64,000 bases of DNA from an uncultured Paludibacter sp. (GCA_937927845.1 CALFXE010000200.1:106047-170046); one strand, 5' to 3'. Counted from the first letter of the stretch, positions 40,013 to 50,479 are shown. Notes: generated by a model from the letters alone, not told the origin. A program made the numbers and translations.

Positions 40013-41614
40013 CTATTTATTGTGGCTTATACTTTTAATCACTTTTACAGAATCCGTTTGCAGATTGGTACGGATCTCTACGATATAAATCCCTTCGGGA
40101 TAATGACTCAGATCTACCGGAACGGTCCGGCTATCAATGCTGAATTGTTGAAGCTGTCTCCCGGACAGGTCAAATACCGAAGCGGTACCGCTTTGAAATT
40201 CATAACCCACCACGATATTGGTAAAGTTTTGTGCCGGATTCGGCAAGGCTTCAATAGCTGATTTCGCCACTTCTTTTTTATAACGGTCTTTGAGTTTTAC
40301 CACCCAGAAATCATTTCCGCCATGTCCGCTGCTTTTATCGCGGGAGGGTTTGCCTTTGGAGGTTCCGGCCAGCAGGTAACCGCCGTCGCGGGTTTCAATC
40401 AGTCCGTTCAGGATGTCTTCGCCATCACTGCCCACGGTCTTGCTCCAGAGCTCTTCGCCTTTGGCATTGATCTTTACCGCTATATAGTCGTTGATGTCTT
40501 TTTTGTCTTTCTTACCATCCGATACCTCCGTTTGGGCATAACCGCCAAGGAGCAGCGTTCCGTCTTCATTTTCCACTATTGAGGTCAGCAAATCTACCGC
40601 TCCGTAGTTGTAGGTTTCCTGCCAGAGGGTTTGTCCGTCGTCATCCAGACGGACGATCCAGAAATCGGTACCTTTGGTATTCGCCCGGCTCTTGTCGTTC
40701 GAAGGATTCGAATTGGAACTGCCGCCCAGCACATAGCCGCCGTTTCGGCTTTGTATCAGGGCACTCAGGTTATCATCGCCATCACCGCCCAGGGTGCGCT
40801 GCCATTCGATAGCACCGGCTTTGTCGGTTTTGATGATCCAGTAATCCCCGGTACCGATGTTGTCGCTCTGCTTGTCGCCCGAAGCCGGAGAATTGGAATA
40901 ACCGCCCAGGATATAGCCGCCGTCTTTGGTTTGTTCCACCGTTTTCAGCTGATCCATATAACGGCCGCCGTAGGTTTTTTGCCATTCGATCGTTCCGGAA
41001 GCATTCAGCTTTACGATCCAGTAGTCTAAGTTACCCTGATTAGCTTCGGTTTTGTCGCCGGATTTTCCTGAGGAAGAAGATCCGCCAACGATATACCCGC
41101 CGTCCTTAGTGGGGCTGATGCAGGCCAACTGTTCCTGACCGCTGCCGCCAATGGTGCGCTGCCATTGCTCATTGCCTTTGGCATCGAGCTTGATGATCCA
41201 GTAGTCGTCCTGACCGCGGGAATCTTCTTTTTTATCGCCGCCTTTCGGAGAGTTAGACACTCCGGCCAGGATAAAACCGCCATCGGCCGTGATCCGGGCA
41301 CTTTGCAGAAAATCCAGTCCGCTGCCGCCAAAGCTTTTTTGCCAGTCGGGACTGCCGTGTTCGTCCATTTTCCAGAGCCAGTAATCGAAATTGCCACCGG
41401 ATGGTGTTTGCTTGTTTCCGTTCTTGTCGGAAAGAGAGCTTCCTGCCAGTAAGAAACCATAGTCGGGTGTGGGCACGACATGGGCTAAAAACTCGGCATG
41501 TTTGCCGCCATACGATTTTTCCCAGATGAGGTCCTGGGACTGAACCGTACAGGCACAAAGAAGCAGGGGCAGCAGCGCATACAGCCTGCTACCGGTTAAG
41601 TAATTTTTTGTCAT
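40013..41614 (-). CDS. T9SS type-A sorting domain protein with a seven-repeat beta-propeller
   Basis: Seven W-x-K/R-x-x-GG...DGGY.L.G repeats; CTD LPNPAQNF...GIYIVEI...KVIK; signal peptide. Confidence 0.88.
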   Translation of the reverse strand: MTKNYLTGSRLYALLPLLLCACTVQSQDLIWEKSYGGKHAEFLAHVVPTPDYGFLLAGSSLSDKNGNKQTPSGGNFDYWLWKMDEHGSPDWQKSFGGSGLDFLQSARITADGGFILAGVSNSPKGGDKKEDSRGQDDYWIIKLDAKGNEQWQRTIGGSGQEQLACISPTKDGGYIVGGSSSSGKSGDKTEANQGNLDYWIVKLNASGTIEWQKTYGGRYMDQLKTVEQTKDGGYILGGYSNSPASGDKQSDNIGTGDYWIIKTDKAGAIEWQRTLGGDGDDNLSALIQSRNGGYVLGGSSNSNPSNDKSRANTKGTDFWIVRLDDDGQTLWQETYNYGAVDLLTSIVENEDGTLLLGGYAQTEVSDGKKDKKDINDYIAVKINAKGEELWSKTVGSDGEDILNGLIETRDGGYLLAGTSKGKPSRDKSSGHGGNDFWVVKLKDRYKKEVAKSAIEALPNPAQNFTNIVVGYEFQSGTASVFDLSGRQLQQFSIDSRTVPVDLSHYPEGIYIVEIRTNLQTDSVKVIKSISHNK

Positions 41615-42062
41615 AAAATATTCAATTATAGTTAGTTATAATCTCATTCGCAAAGTAAAAAGAATATTTTAAACACCGGGAATGTTTTTCGTAAAAAAAC
41701 AGAATAGTGTTTACTTTTACGATTAATACATTAAAAACCGATTTTAACTATTTATAGTTGAGTGTTTTTTAAGATTTACTTTTGAAAGTTGTGAGTAATC
41801 TGATTTTTATTATTGTTTATTTAATAAGTAAATCGCTGTAAATAAACGATTTAGCTTTTTTAGCTGATTTTTACACCGCATTTTTTTTCGAAATAAAATA
41901 GAATAATGACTGTTTTAAATCAAAAAAACAAAAGCATCTCATTACAGCAATTAAGCCCGTTTGCTTTAAAATTCATTATTCCCATACGCTACTATTTTAT
42001 ATGCCGCCAATAATCGTACATTTGAAATCAGGATCAATTTAGAGTAACGAAGTATAATAAAT

Positions 42063-42833
42063 ATGGGAAGCGACCTGAATATAAAATTCTATGATGAACT
42101 GTCGGAAGATTATCATTTAATCTTTGACGACTGGGAAAGTGCCGTAACGGGCCAGGCAAAAACGCTGGACAATATTATCCGGCATTTTACCAAAACGGAA
42201 CCGGTGACCTTACTGGATTGTGCCTGCGGCATAGGTACTCAGGCTATTGGCCTGGCAAATCTCGGATATCAGGTACAGGCAACCGATCTAAGTCCGAAAG
42301 CAGTAGCAAGAGCCCGTGTTGAAGCCGACAGGCTGAATGTGGCGCTATCATTTGGCGTAGCCGATTTTAAAACCCTGAACACCGATGTTGAAGGTACTTT
42401 TGATGTGGTGATTGCCTGCGACAATGCATTACCGCATTTACTGGACAAAGCCGACCTGCTTTTAGCGGCTGCAAACATACTGTCCAAAATGAAACCCGGC
42501 GGTGTATTCCTTGCCAGCATCAGGGATTATGACAAAGTACTGGAACAAAAACCGCTCAGCACCCAGCCTACCATAAAGGAAACCGGCGATCAGAGAGCAA
42601 TTTCTTTTCAGATATGGGACTGGACGGAAGACAATGTTTATACCGTTAACCATTTTATGCTGAAAGGCAAAGATGAAAACTTTCATACCTCGCTCCGGAC
42701 AACAAAATACAAAGCCTATCAAAGAAGTGAAATGACGGCTATCTTTGAAAAAGCCGGATACACCGGTATAAAATGGCTGATGCCGGACGAATCCGGGTAT
42801 TACCAGCCGGTACTTATCGCCCGGAAAGCATAA
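42063..42833 (+). CDS. Class I SAM-dependent methyltransferase (glycine/sarcosine N-methyltransferase-like)
   Basis: LLDCACGIG, DNALPHL, KPGGVF. Confidence 0.85.
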   Translation: MGSDLNIKFYDELSEDYHLIFDDWESAVTGQAKTLDNIIRHFTKTEPVTLLDCACGIGTQAIGLANLGYQVQATDLSPKAVARARVEADRLNVALSFGVADFKTLNTDVEGTFDVVIACDNALPHLLDKADLLLAAANILSKMKPGGVFLASIRDYDKVLEQKPLSTQPTIKETGDQRAISFQIWDWTEDNVYTVNHFMLKGKDENFHTSLRTTKYKAYQRSEMTAIFEKAGYTGIKWLMPDESGYYQPVLIARKA

Positions 42834-42986
42834 GCAACGATCAAATGCGAAAAGTCATTCCCGGTTAAAACGGCAATGCCGGTGTCTGTTTAATATACCT
42901 CTACAGTAGCGGAAAGATTTATTGCAGGCCTCTCCGTAACAAAATAACCGTGTTTGTTAGTATTCCACACAGATTTACAACGCAGC

Positions 42987-43028
42987 ATAATAAAAAAAGG
43001 GAGCCTGCCGGCTCCCTTTTTTTATTAT
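42987..43028. terminator. Bidirectional intrinsic terminator
   Basis: aaaaaaagggagcc-tgcc-ggctccctttttt. Confidence 0.85.
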
Positions 43029-43038
43029 TTCTGATTTC

Positions 43039-44913
43039 TTATTTTTTGATAATTAAGAATTCACTTCTTCTGTTTGCTGCGTGTTCTGCTTCGGTACAGT
43101 TTTCTTTACAGTCTGTTTTTGGCTCGCTCTCACCATATCCTTTTCCGGAGATTCTGTTTGCTGCGATACCTTTTGAAATAACATACTGAACTGTCGCTTT
43201 GGCTCTTCGGTCTGATAACCTCATATTGTAGTGGTCATTTCCTCTGTTGTCTGTATGCGACTTCACCATAATAACCATTTGCGTATTGTTTTGCATCACC
43301 TGTACCAATTTATCCAGCTCAAAAGCACCTTCCTGGGTGATGTTGCTCTTATTGAATTCAAAGTTGATGTCTTTCAATACGATTTCTTTTTCCGTTACAA
43401 TAACGTCAATAGGGTTCAACTTCGCATCGATTTTTTGTTCGCCGCCTTTTTGTTTTGTTACCACAAAAGTATTGCTCTCAAATCCGTCTTTTGCTACCTG
43501 TAACGTATATACCTTGTCGCATTCCACATGATAGGCTACTTCTCCATTGGCAGCAGTTACTTCGTTTCCGATGATATTTTTCTTCTCATCCAGGATCGCT
43601 ACTTTGGCACCCGAAAGAATAGCACCGGTCCTGGCATCACTCACCACGGCAATTACAGCGACATCACAGTTTGGTGTTGCCTGATAGATGTTGTCTTCCC
43701 CGGTACGGTTACTGGAAAAGAATCCGATGTTTTTAGACTGGTTAAACGTGAAGGCAAAATCGTCTTTTTCACTGTTGATCGGTTTGGCCAGGTTTACCGC
43801 TTCGGTTCCTTTGTTCAGGTTGATCATAAACACATCCAATCCGCCCAGACCAGATCTGCCGTTGGATACAAAATACAATACTGCATTATCTTCTGTAATA
43901 AACGGAAACGATTCATCGCCTTCGGTATTTACCTTCTTTCCTAAGTTTTCCGGCGTACCGTAGCTTCCGTCTTTGTTTACCGCTACTTTCCAGATATCAA
44001 TTCCTCCGACAGATCCCGGCATGTTCGATGAAAAGTACAAGGTAGTTCCGTCTTTACTGATACTCGGATTGCTGGTAGAATATTGGTTACTGTTAAATGG
44101 CAATGCCGTTACATTTCCCCATTTATTGCCGTCTTTAGTCGCTTTGAACAGGTTAACCTGTCCCATTTTCAGTTTTTTGGCTTTGTCTTTTTCAAAGCTG
44201 TTTTCCTTAAAGCTCTCACTGGCAAAATACATGGTGTTCCCATCACCCGTAATCGTTACCGGACCATCGTGGTATTTACTGTTAATCTCATCCAGGGCTA
44301 CGGCATCGGTAATGGTTCCGTCTGCATTATAGCTGGCGCGGTAAATATCCAGGAAAGGCTCGTCATTCCATTTGTATGTTTTTCTGGCAGTATTACGTGC
44401 ACTGGTAAAATAAAAACTGTTCTCCGATAAAAACGCTCCAAAGTCGGATTTATCACTGTTGATGTCCAATGATTTTACTGTGTACATCTTTTGTTTGTTC
44501 AGCAATTTTGGCAGGTAATCCGGGTTTTCTTTAAAGGCTTTCGCTCTTAAATCGTTTGGAGCCATACCGGCAAACTGCTGCATTTGTTTGTTGGCTTCAT
44601 CATATTTGCCATTGGCTTTCAGCATCTGTGCATAACGGAAATATGTTTCAGCATCCTGTTTCTTTTCAGAGATTGCTTTGGCATACCATTTTGCCGATTC
44701 GGCTGTATTGAATACGTTGTAGTACGCATCGCCCAGTTGTTTATACACATAGGCATCGGCTTTGCCTTTATCGACTAATTTCAGGTATTCTGCTGCGGCA
44801 GAAACATACTCAAAGCGATTGAATTGTTTGTCGGCTTTAGCTGTCGCGGAATTTTGTGCATTCATCGTTGCACCCGCAATAACCAGGCTTAATGTAATAT
44901 ATAGATTCTTCAT
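43039..44913 (-). CDS. OmpA family protein (TPR-PD40/WD40-CRD-OmpA_C; PorE-like)
   Basis: TPR N-terminus, LYFSSNMPG/GGLD repeats, SHTDNRG..YN..LS.RRA, NRRSEF. Confidence 0.9.
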   Translation of the reverse strand: MKNLYITLSLVIAGATMNAQNSATAKADKQFNRFEYVSAAAEYLKLVDKGKADAYVYKQLGDAYYNVFNTAESAKWYAKAISEKKQDAETYFRYAQMLKANGKYDEANKQMQQFAGMAPNDLRAKAFKENPDYLPKLLNKQKMYTVKSLDINSDKSDFGAFLSENSFYFTSARNTARKTYKWNDEPFLDIYRASYNADGTITDAVALDEINSKYHDGPVTITGDGNTMYFASESFKENSFEKDKAKKLKMGQVNLFKATKDGNKWGNVTALPFNSNQYSTSNPSISKDGTTLYFSSNMPGSVGGIDIWKVAVNKDGSYGTPENLGKKVNTEGDESFPFITEDNAVLYFVSNGRSGLGGLDVFMINLNKGTEAVNLAKPINSEKDDFAFTFNQSKNIGFFSSNRTGEDNIYQATPNCDVAVIAVVSDARTGAILSGAKVAILDEKKNIIGNEVTAANGEVAYHVECDKVYTLQVAKDGFESNTFVVTKQKGGEQKIDAKLNPIDVIVTEKEIVLKDINFEFNKSNITQEGAFELDKLVQVMQNNTQMVIMVKSHTDNRGNDHYNMRLSDRRAKATVQYVISKGIAANRISGKGYGESEPKTDCKENCTEAEHAANRRSEFLIIKK

Positions 44914-44933
44914 GTTTCCGGTGGTTTTTTAGA

Positions 44934-45854
44934 TTAGAAATAACGTGGTGAACGCGATACTTTTTTCGGGAAGTTCAGGTCAAACAACAGCATTACTTCG
45001 TGGGAAGCCGGTGTTGTTACTTTTAAATCCGATACGATACGGTCATAAGCATATCCGATACGTACACTTGGGCTAATCGCATAGTTAACCATTCCGCCAA
45101 AGGAATCTTCTAATCTGTAGGTTGCTCCTATCTCGAATTTATCAAAGAATAGCATGTTCGCCGAAACATCCAGGGATGTTGGTACTTTAAAAGCCGATTT
45201 CAACATAAACGACGGTTTGAATTTGGTATTTTCCGATAATTCAAATACATATCCTCCCGTTAAGAAGTAATGGCTTACTTCACTTCCGAATTTTCGGCCG
45301 TCAAAATCAAGGTGTTTGGATTTTAGCATATTCGGTACCGAAAAGGCTACATAATACTTATTGGTATAGTAGAAAAATCCGGATCCGACGTTAAAATACG
45401 TTTTACTGATATCCTGTCCGAAAGCCGGGTCATCTGCATCGGGCAGCGTATGGTAAATATCGCTGTACAATCCTACCTTATGGAAGGTTGCTCCGGCTTT
45501 AAGTCCTAAAGCCAGTCGGTGTTCGCCTCCTAAATTCAGCGTATAAGAGAAATCCCCGTATACGTTATTCTCCGTTACCGGACCAATTTTATCGGAAATC
45601 ACAGACAGTCCCAGTCCTACGTTTTTGCCTGTCGGGCTGTGTACAAAGAAGGTTCCTGTGGTTGGTGCATCTTCAATATCAACCCATTGTTTGCGGTATA
45701 AAAGTCCAAAAGACAGGTTTTCTTTCGAACCGGCATAGGCCGGATTTATCACGTTCATATTATACATATACTGAGTATAATGCGGGTCTTGCTGGGCTTG
45801 GACATCCATCAGCGCCATAAGGGCAATCAGGGCTGTCAGGTATATTTTCTTCAT
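44934..45854 (-). CDS. T9SS membrane protein, PorP/SprF family
   Basis: AQQDPHYTQYMYN..INPAYAG, SHEVML, SPRYF C-terminus. Confidence 0.92.
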   Translation of the reverse strand: MKKIYLTALIALMALMDVQAQQDPHYTQYMYNMNVINPAYAGSKENLSFGLLYRKQWVDIEDAPTTGTFFVHSPTGKNVGLGLSVISDKIGPVTENNVYGDFSYTLNLGGEHRLALGLKAGATFHKVGLYSDIYHTLPDADDPAFGQDISKTYFNVGSGFFYYTNKYYVAFSVPNMLKSKHLDFDGRKFGSEVSHYFLTGGYVFELSENTKFKPSFMLKSAFKVPTSLDVSANMLFFDKFEIGATYRLEDSFGGMVNYAISPSVRIGYAYDRIVSDLKVTTPASHEVMLLFDLNFPKKVSRSPRYF

Positions 45855-45883
45855 GGGTAACTTTATCGTTTTATGTTTTAAGC

Positions 45884-45911
45884 TGCTTACGGCCTGTAAC
45901 TGCCGTAAGCA
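45884..45911. other. Intra-operon hairpin (possible mRNA stabiliser or weak terminator)
   Basis: tgcttacggc-N8-gccgtaagca between the cargo gene and porP. Confidence 0.5.
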
Positions 45912-45928
45912 TTGCTGTTTGTTCTTGA

Positions 45929-48559
45929 TTAGCTTCTTTCTCTGTTAATGTAAATCCATCCTGTTTTTGAAGGCTGACCGTCAAATTCAATTACATAATA
46001 GTAGGTTGCAGATGGCAGTTCGTCTCCTTTATCAGACTGTCCATACCATTGGTTGCTATAGTTGGCATAACTGTACACTTTTGTTCCGTAGCGGTTAAAG
46101 ATTGTCAGGTGTTTTACATTTAATCCCACTAAATCAAAGAAATCATTTTTGTTATCATTATTCGGTGAAATACCTTTCTGGATCGCGCAGAATGTGCTTA
46201 AAACAACTACATTTCCTGTTTCGGTACATCCTTCCGGTGTTGTAACCGTTAGCCTAAACGTCATTGGAAATACCGGAGCAGCAACAGCGTTCAATACTTC
46301 TGTTACATTTAAAGTCGCTTCGTTTGTTCCCACAACATTCCCCTGGCTGTTTTTCCAAACATAGTCCACATTACTGGCATTATAGGAACCGGCATTTGGC
46401 GTAGCTTCTACAATATAATTTCCGTTAACACAGTTATCATTCAGGGTAAAATCAATTTTAGTTACCGTAACGGCTAAGGTTACCGGTGCGGCACATTGTC
46501 CTGCATTTGGGGTAAACACATAGTTACCGTTAGCAGTATTGTCAATCACTGCCGGATTCCAGCTTCCTGTGATGCCGTTTGGTGATGTATTTGCTAAAGC
46601 CGGTGCCGTAGCTCCGTGACATAAGGTTAAAGCCGTTGAAAAATCAGGGGTAATGCTATTTGTAACCGTTACTGCCAAGGTTACCGGTACAGCACACTGA
46701 CCTGCATTGGGCGTGAACACATAGTTACCACTCGTAGTATTGCTAATCACTGCCGGATTCCAGGTACCGGTCACTCCGTTTGGTGAAGTTGCCGCTAAAG
46801 CCGGTGCAGTAGTTCCGTTACACAGGATTAAAGTTGTAGCAAAATCAGGTGTAGTGTTATTCGTTACCGTAACGGACAGCGTTACCGGTACAGCACACTG
46901 ACCTGCATTGGGCGTGAACACATAGTTACCATTGGCAGTATTGCTGATCACTGCCGGATTCCATGTTCCCGCGATTCCGTTTGGCGATGTGGTTGCCAAA
47001 GCCGGTGCCGTTGCTCCATTACACAGGGATAAAGTGGTTGCAAAATTTGGTGTAGTGTTATTCGTTACCGTAACAGCTAACGTTACCGGTACAGCACACT
47101 GACCTGCATTGGGCGTGAACACATAATTCCCACTGGTGGTATTGCTGATCACTGCCGGGTTCCAGCTTCCTGTGATACCGTTTGGTGATGTCGTTGCCAA
47201 AGCCGGTGCCGTTGCTCCGTTACAAAAAGATAAAGTGGTTGCAAAGTTTGGCGTAATGCTATTGGCTACCGTTACCGCTAAAGTTACCGGTACAGCACAC
47301 TGACCTGCATTGGGCGTGAATACATAATTACCACTGGTGGTATTGTTAATTACTGCCGGGTTCCAGGTTCCTGTGATACCGTTTGGTGATGTGGTTGCCA
47401 GAGTTGGTGCGGTTGCTCCGTTACACAAAGCTAAAGTCGTTGCAAAGTTTGGTGTAGTACCATTCGTTACGGTTACTGCTAAGGTTACCGGTACGGCACA
47501 CTGACCTGCATTGGGCGTGAACACATAATTACCACTGGTGGTATTGTTAATCACTGCCGGGTTCCAGGTTCCCGTGATTCCGTTTGGTGACGTAGTCGCC
47601 AGAGTTGGTGCGGTTGCTCCGTTACATAACGCTAAAGTCGTTGCAAAATTAGGGGTTGTACTGTTCGAAATCGTTAGATTGATCGTATCGCTTATGGTAG
47701 CACCACAGCTATTTGTCGCCGTTAATGTCAGGACAATTACTCCGGTTGCTGTCGGACTGATCGTATAGGTGGTTGTCAGGGCTGCTGGCGTTCCAAAAGT
47801 ACCACTTGCAGCAGACCATTGTACCGATTGCTGTCCCTGAGCGGTTCCACTTAAATTAATCGTAGCTCCTGCACAGGCTGTCATGGTCTGAGGGCCGCCG
47901 TCTACCGTGAATGGCGGTACCGGTGCCGCACAACCGTTGTTAATATAGGTCGCAACGCCGGCAGGTGTAAACAATACCGTCGCACCATCTGCTGCTCCGG
48001 GAACACCGTCGGTATCAATCAGTAATGCTCTGTTATAGGTAACCGTATCCACACAGCTGTTAAAAGACATGGTAAGGGTTCGGGAACCGGAACCGAAATT
48101 AGCGAAATGCCCAGCAACAGTAGAAGGGTTATTCTGAAATATAATATAAAACGTTTCCGTTAGCGCGCCAAAAGAGTTTAAGGCGGTATCCATGTTAAAA
48201 CTGGTTACCAGAATTACCCGGGCATTAGCCGGAAGCACACCGCCTGTAGGTTCCAATAACTGTCCGCAACCGCCGGCTGCAACAATATCGGCATTTAACT
48301 GTGCTACTTTATTTGCAGTAACCGTATTTTTAATCAGTCCTCTCCAGGTATTGTTCGGCCAGCTTACGACTAAGTTATTCGTGTTAATGCTGGCGGTTCC
48401 CACTTTAAACCGGACCATTTCATTGAGACCTTCATCTACCCCACAGGCATCTACCAGGATACTTTCAATCTCGAAACATTGCGAAAATGCCTGTTGCTGT
48501 GACAACAGTGAAAAAAGGAGCAGAAAGCAAATTTGTTTTAACGTAGTTTTTAATTTCAT
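45929..48559 (-). CDS. T9SS type-B (gliding motility-associated CTD) surface protein/adhesin
   Basis: C-terminal GISPNNDNKND..IFNRYG..W.G..LPSATYYY..GWIYINR; followed by a porP-like gene. Confidence 0.9.
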   Translation of the reverse strand: MKLKTTLKQICFLLLFSLLSQQQAFSQCFEIESILVDACGVDEGLNEMVRFKVGTASINTNNLVVSWPNNTWRGLIKNTVTANKVAQLNADIVAAGGCGQLLEPTGGVLPANARVILVTSFNMDTALNSFGALTETFYIIFQNNPSTVAGHFANFGSGSRTLTMSFNSCVDTVTYNRALLIDTDGVPGAADGATVLFTPAGVATYINNGCAAPVPPFTVDGGPQTMTACAGATINLSGTAQGQQSVQWSAASGTFGTPAALTTTYTISPTATGVIVLTLTATNSCGATISDTINLTISNSTTPNFATTLALCNGATAPTLATTSPNGITGTWNPAVINNTTSGNYVFTPNAGQCAVPVTLAVTVTNGTTPNFATTLALCNGATAPTLATTSPNGITGTWNPAVINNTTSGNYVFTPNAGQCAVPVTLAVTVANSITPNFATTLSFCNGATAPALATTSPNGITGSWNPAVISNTTSGNYVFTPNAGQCAVPVTLAVTVTNNTTPNFATTLSLCNGATAPALATTSPNGIAGTWNPAVISNTANGNYVFTPNAGQCAVPVTLSVTVTNNTTPDFATTLILCNGTTAPALAATSPNGVTGTWNPAVISNTTSGNYVFTPNAGQCAVPVTLAVTVTNSITPDFSTALTLCHGATAPALANTSPNGITGSWNPAVIDNTANGNYVFTPNAGQCAAPVTLAVTVTKIDFTLNDNCVNGNYIVEATPNAGSYNASNVDYVWKNSQGNVVGTNEATLNVTEVLNAVAAPVFPMTFRLTVTTPEGCTETGNVVVLSTFCAIQKGISPNNDNKNDFFDLVGLNVKHLTIFNRYGTKVYSYANYSNQWYGQSDKGDELPSATYYYVIEFDGQPSKTGWIYINRERS
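46460..47665 (-). repeat. Six tandem 201-bp (67-aa) repeats in the adhesin
   Basis: Unit NxxTPxFxTxLxLCxGxTAPxLAxTSPNGxxGxWNPAVIxNTxxGNYVFTPNAGQCAxPVTLxVTVx; DNA motif cacactgacctgcattgggcgtgaa recurs every 201 bp. Confidence 0.93.
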
Positions 48560-49286
48560 TTGATAAAATTTAATTGTGAAAAGGGAAGCTCACCGGGCAT
48601 GCCTGCTTTTAACATGTGCTAAAATTCCTTTTTATATTAAAATAGCACACACCTCAAGGCTGCATTCCTGGTTTTTACCGGCTGCTCTTTTCTTTTTTAA
48701 TTACATATTTAATTGAGAGTTTTCGAAAAAAAATCGTCTAAAAAGTGTTCTTTTCTAGACGATGCACTGAATATTATTTTAATTTTATTGTTACGCTTTA
48801 ACCGGAAATCAGTTTTAAATCCTCTGCTGCTGCCAGCACTACTCCCCTCTGTCACAAAACACTTATTTTCAAAGTATTGTAAAAAATATTCTAAAAACAA
48901 ACAGGTCGTTTTTGTAATGGATTTAGAAACGTCATTCATCATAAAAATTTAGCCTGTGAAAAGTTGCTAAATTAAGTGAATTGATCCTTTTTCGTATTTA
49001 TCAAATCATTATCATAAGGTATAATTACTGTATCTTTTCCGGCAAATGTATATTAATTTCAAGAATATCAGAATTTTCACATCATAATTTTTGGATTATT
49101 AACATTTCGGCCTGTCGTCATAACTTTACTTTTGGCGATACCATAAGCCTGCTTTTCCGGCAGCAGCAACGCTCACAGTCCTTTTGGGGTATTTTAGCTG
49201 CAGATGGCTATTTAATTGTTAAAGTTTATATCTTAGCGCAGCAAACCCACTGGTAATCAAACCGATCCCTATAAATTTTATTACAG

Positions 49287-49916
49287 ATGCTGAAAAAACA
49301 TTCCGTACTACTTGGTTTCTCTGTTTCCATATTGCTGCTACTCATTGCCACGCTGAATTATCCCGGCGGTTCCCAGTTTGATAAAACGGCCATTGGCTAC
49401 AGCTGGACGAACAACTACATCAGCGACCTGTTCGGAGAAAAAGCGTTGATTGGCCTGCCCAATGCGGGTCGTTTTTGGGCTATGGGCGGAATGATTTTCC
49501 TGTCGGTAAGCTGTTCGCTGTTTTTTGCCGGGTTTTCAAAAAGAATCCCGAAAAAGGGCGCCGCCAATGTGATCCGGTATTTTGGAATTACCGGTATGCT
49601 GTTTACCTTTTTAATCGCGACCCCGCTGCACGATATCATGGTTACCATTGCCAGTACTATCTTCCTGGTAAGTGTATTTTATATCGCCGTTTTTGTTTTT
49701 ATGTCAAAGCTGCATTTGTTTAAAGTGCTGTGTGCGTTGTACCTCCTCTTTTTTTACAGTACACTTTACATTCACGGTTCCGGGAATTTGCGGGAATATT
49801 TACCAACCGGCCAGAAAATACTGTTTGCCGCAACCCTGCTTTTAATCTTAGGACTGCATTATTTTACAAAGGCGGAAGATTTTGAACCTCAGCTTAAAAC
49901 CGACACATTAGTTTAA
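49287..49916 (+). CDS. Multi-pass membrane protein (DUF998-like)
   Basis: About 6 TM segments; YPGGS..GYSW..NYISDL. Confidence 0.7.
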   Translation: MLKKHSVLLGFSVSILLLLIATLNYPGGSQFDKTAIGYSWTNNYISDLFGEKALIGLPNAGRFWAMGGMIFLSVSCSLFFAGFSKRIPKKGAANVIRYFGITGMLFTFLIATPLHDIMVTIASTIFLVSVFYIAVFVFMSKLHLFKVLCALYLLFFYSTLYIHGSGNLREYLPTGQKILFAATLLLILGLHYFTKAEDFEPQLKTDTLV

Positions 49917-50019
49917 AGACTAAACAGCGGCCATAATCCATAGAAATATTGTAAATTTAGTACTTATAAAATTGTCACAGACAAACAAATAGCAAGTCAC
50001 TAATTAAAAAATATTTATT

Positions 50020-50400
50020 ATGGCAAACAAAGAGCAGTCGGCTAAAACAGCTGAATTCTTAGGTAAAATTGTTTCTTTCAGACAATCGTTAAAATTAATT
50101 CATTGGTCGGTTACCGGAAAAGGAAGTTATGAAACCCATATCTCTTTAGACCAGGCGATCGGTACCTTAACCAGTGTTACAGACAGGCTGGTTGAAACCA
50201 GTTTCGCTCTGTTGGGTACCCTTGATATCGTGATACCGGAAACCCACCGCCCTAAAGTATATATCCCGTACATCGAAGATTTTTATCAATATGTTGAAAC
50301 AAATCGTTCCGTATTTAAGGAGTCTTTTTCACAATCCATTGTTGATGATTTCCAGGAGGCCGTTATCCAGTTGTTATTCCGACTGAAACGCCTGGAGTAA
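50020..50400 (+). CDS. Ferritin/Dps-like four-helix protein (DUF5856-like)
   Basis: KLIHW.V.G..SYETHISLD...DRLVE pattern. Confidence 0.65.
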   Translation: MANKEQSAKTAEFLGKIVSFRQSLKLIHWSVTGKGSYETHISLDQAIGTLTSVTDRLVETSFALLGTLDIVIPETHRPKVYIPYIEDFYQYVETNRSVFKESFSQSIVDDFQEAVIQLLFRLKRLE

Positions 50401-50435
50401 TTGTCCGGATGAAAAATTCCTATCAGCAGAAAAAA

Positions 50436-50479
50436 TTAAAGGCAACTATATTTTAACCGGATGATATAGTTGCCTTTAA
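50436..50479. terminator. Hairpin between convergent genes
   Basis: ttaaaggcaactatat ... atatagttgcctttaa 16-bp inverted repeat. Confidence 0.7.

Noticed and set aside
40022-41558. Several overlapping 70-150 aa alternative-frame ORFs in the propeller gene
   Set aside because: Expected from the high GC and repeat structure; unlike the MTase nested ORF they carry no functional motif
46460-47665. Regular repeats as a possible CRISPR array
   Set aside because: 201-bp in-frame coding repeats without unique spacers; no cas genes
48600-49260. Short ORFs 48709..48942, 48713..48952 and 48981..49256
   Set aside because: Overlapping, non-ATG, low-information ORFs in an AT-rich divergent promoter region; no RNA structure I could support
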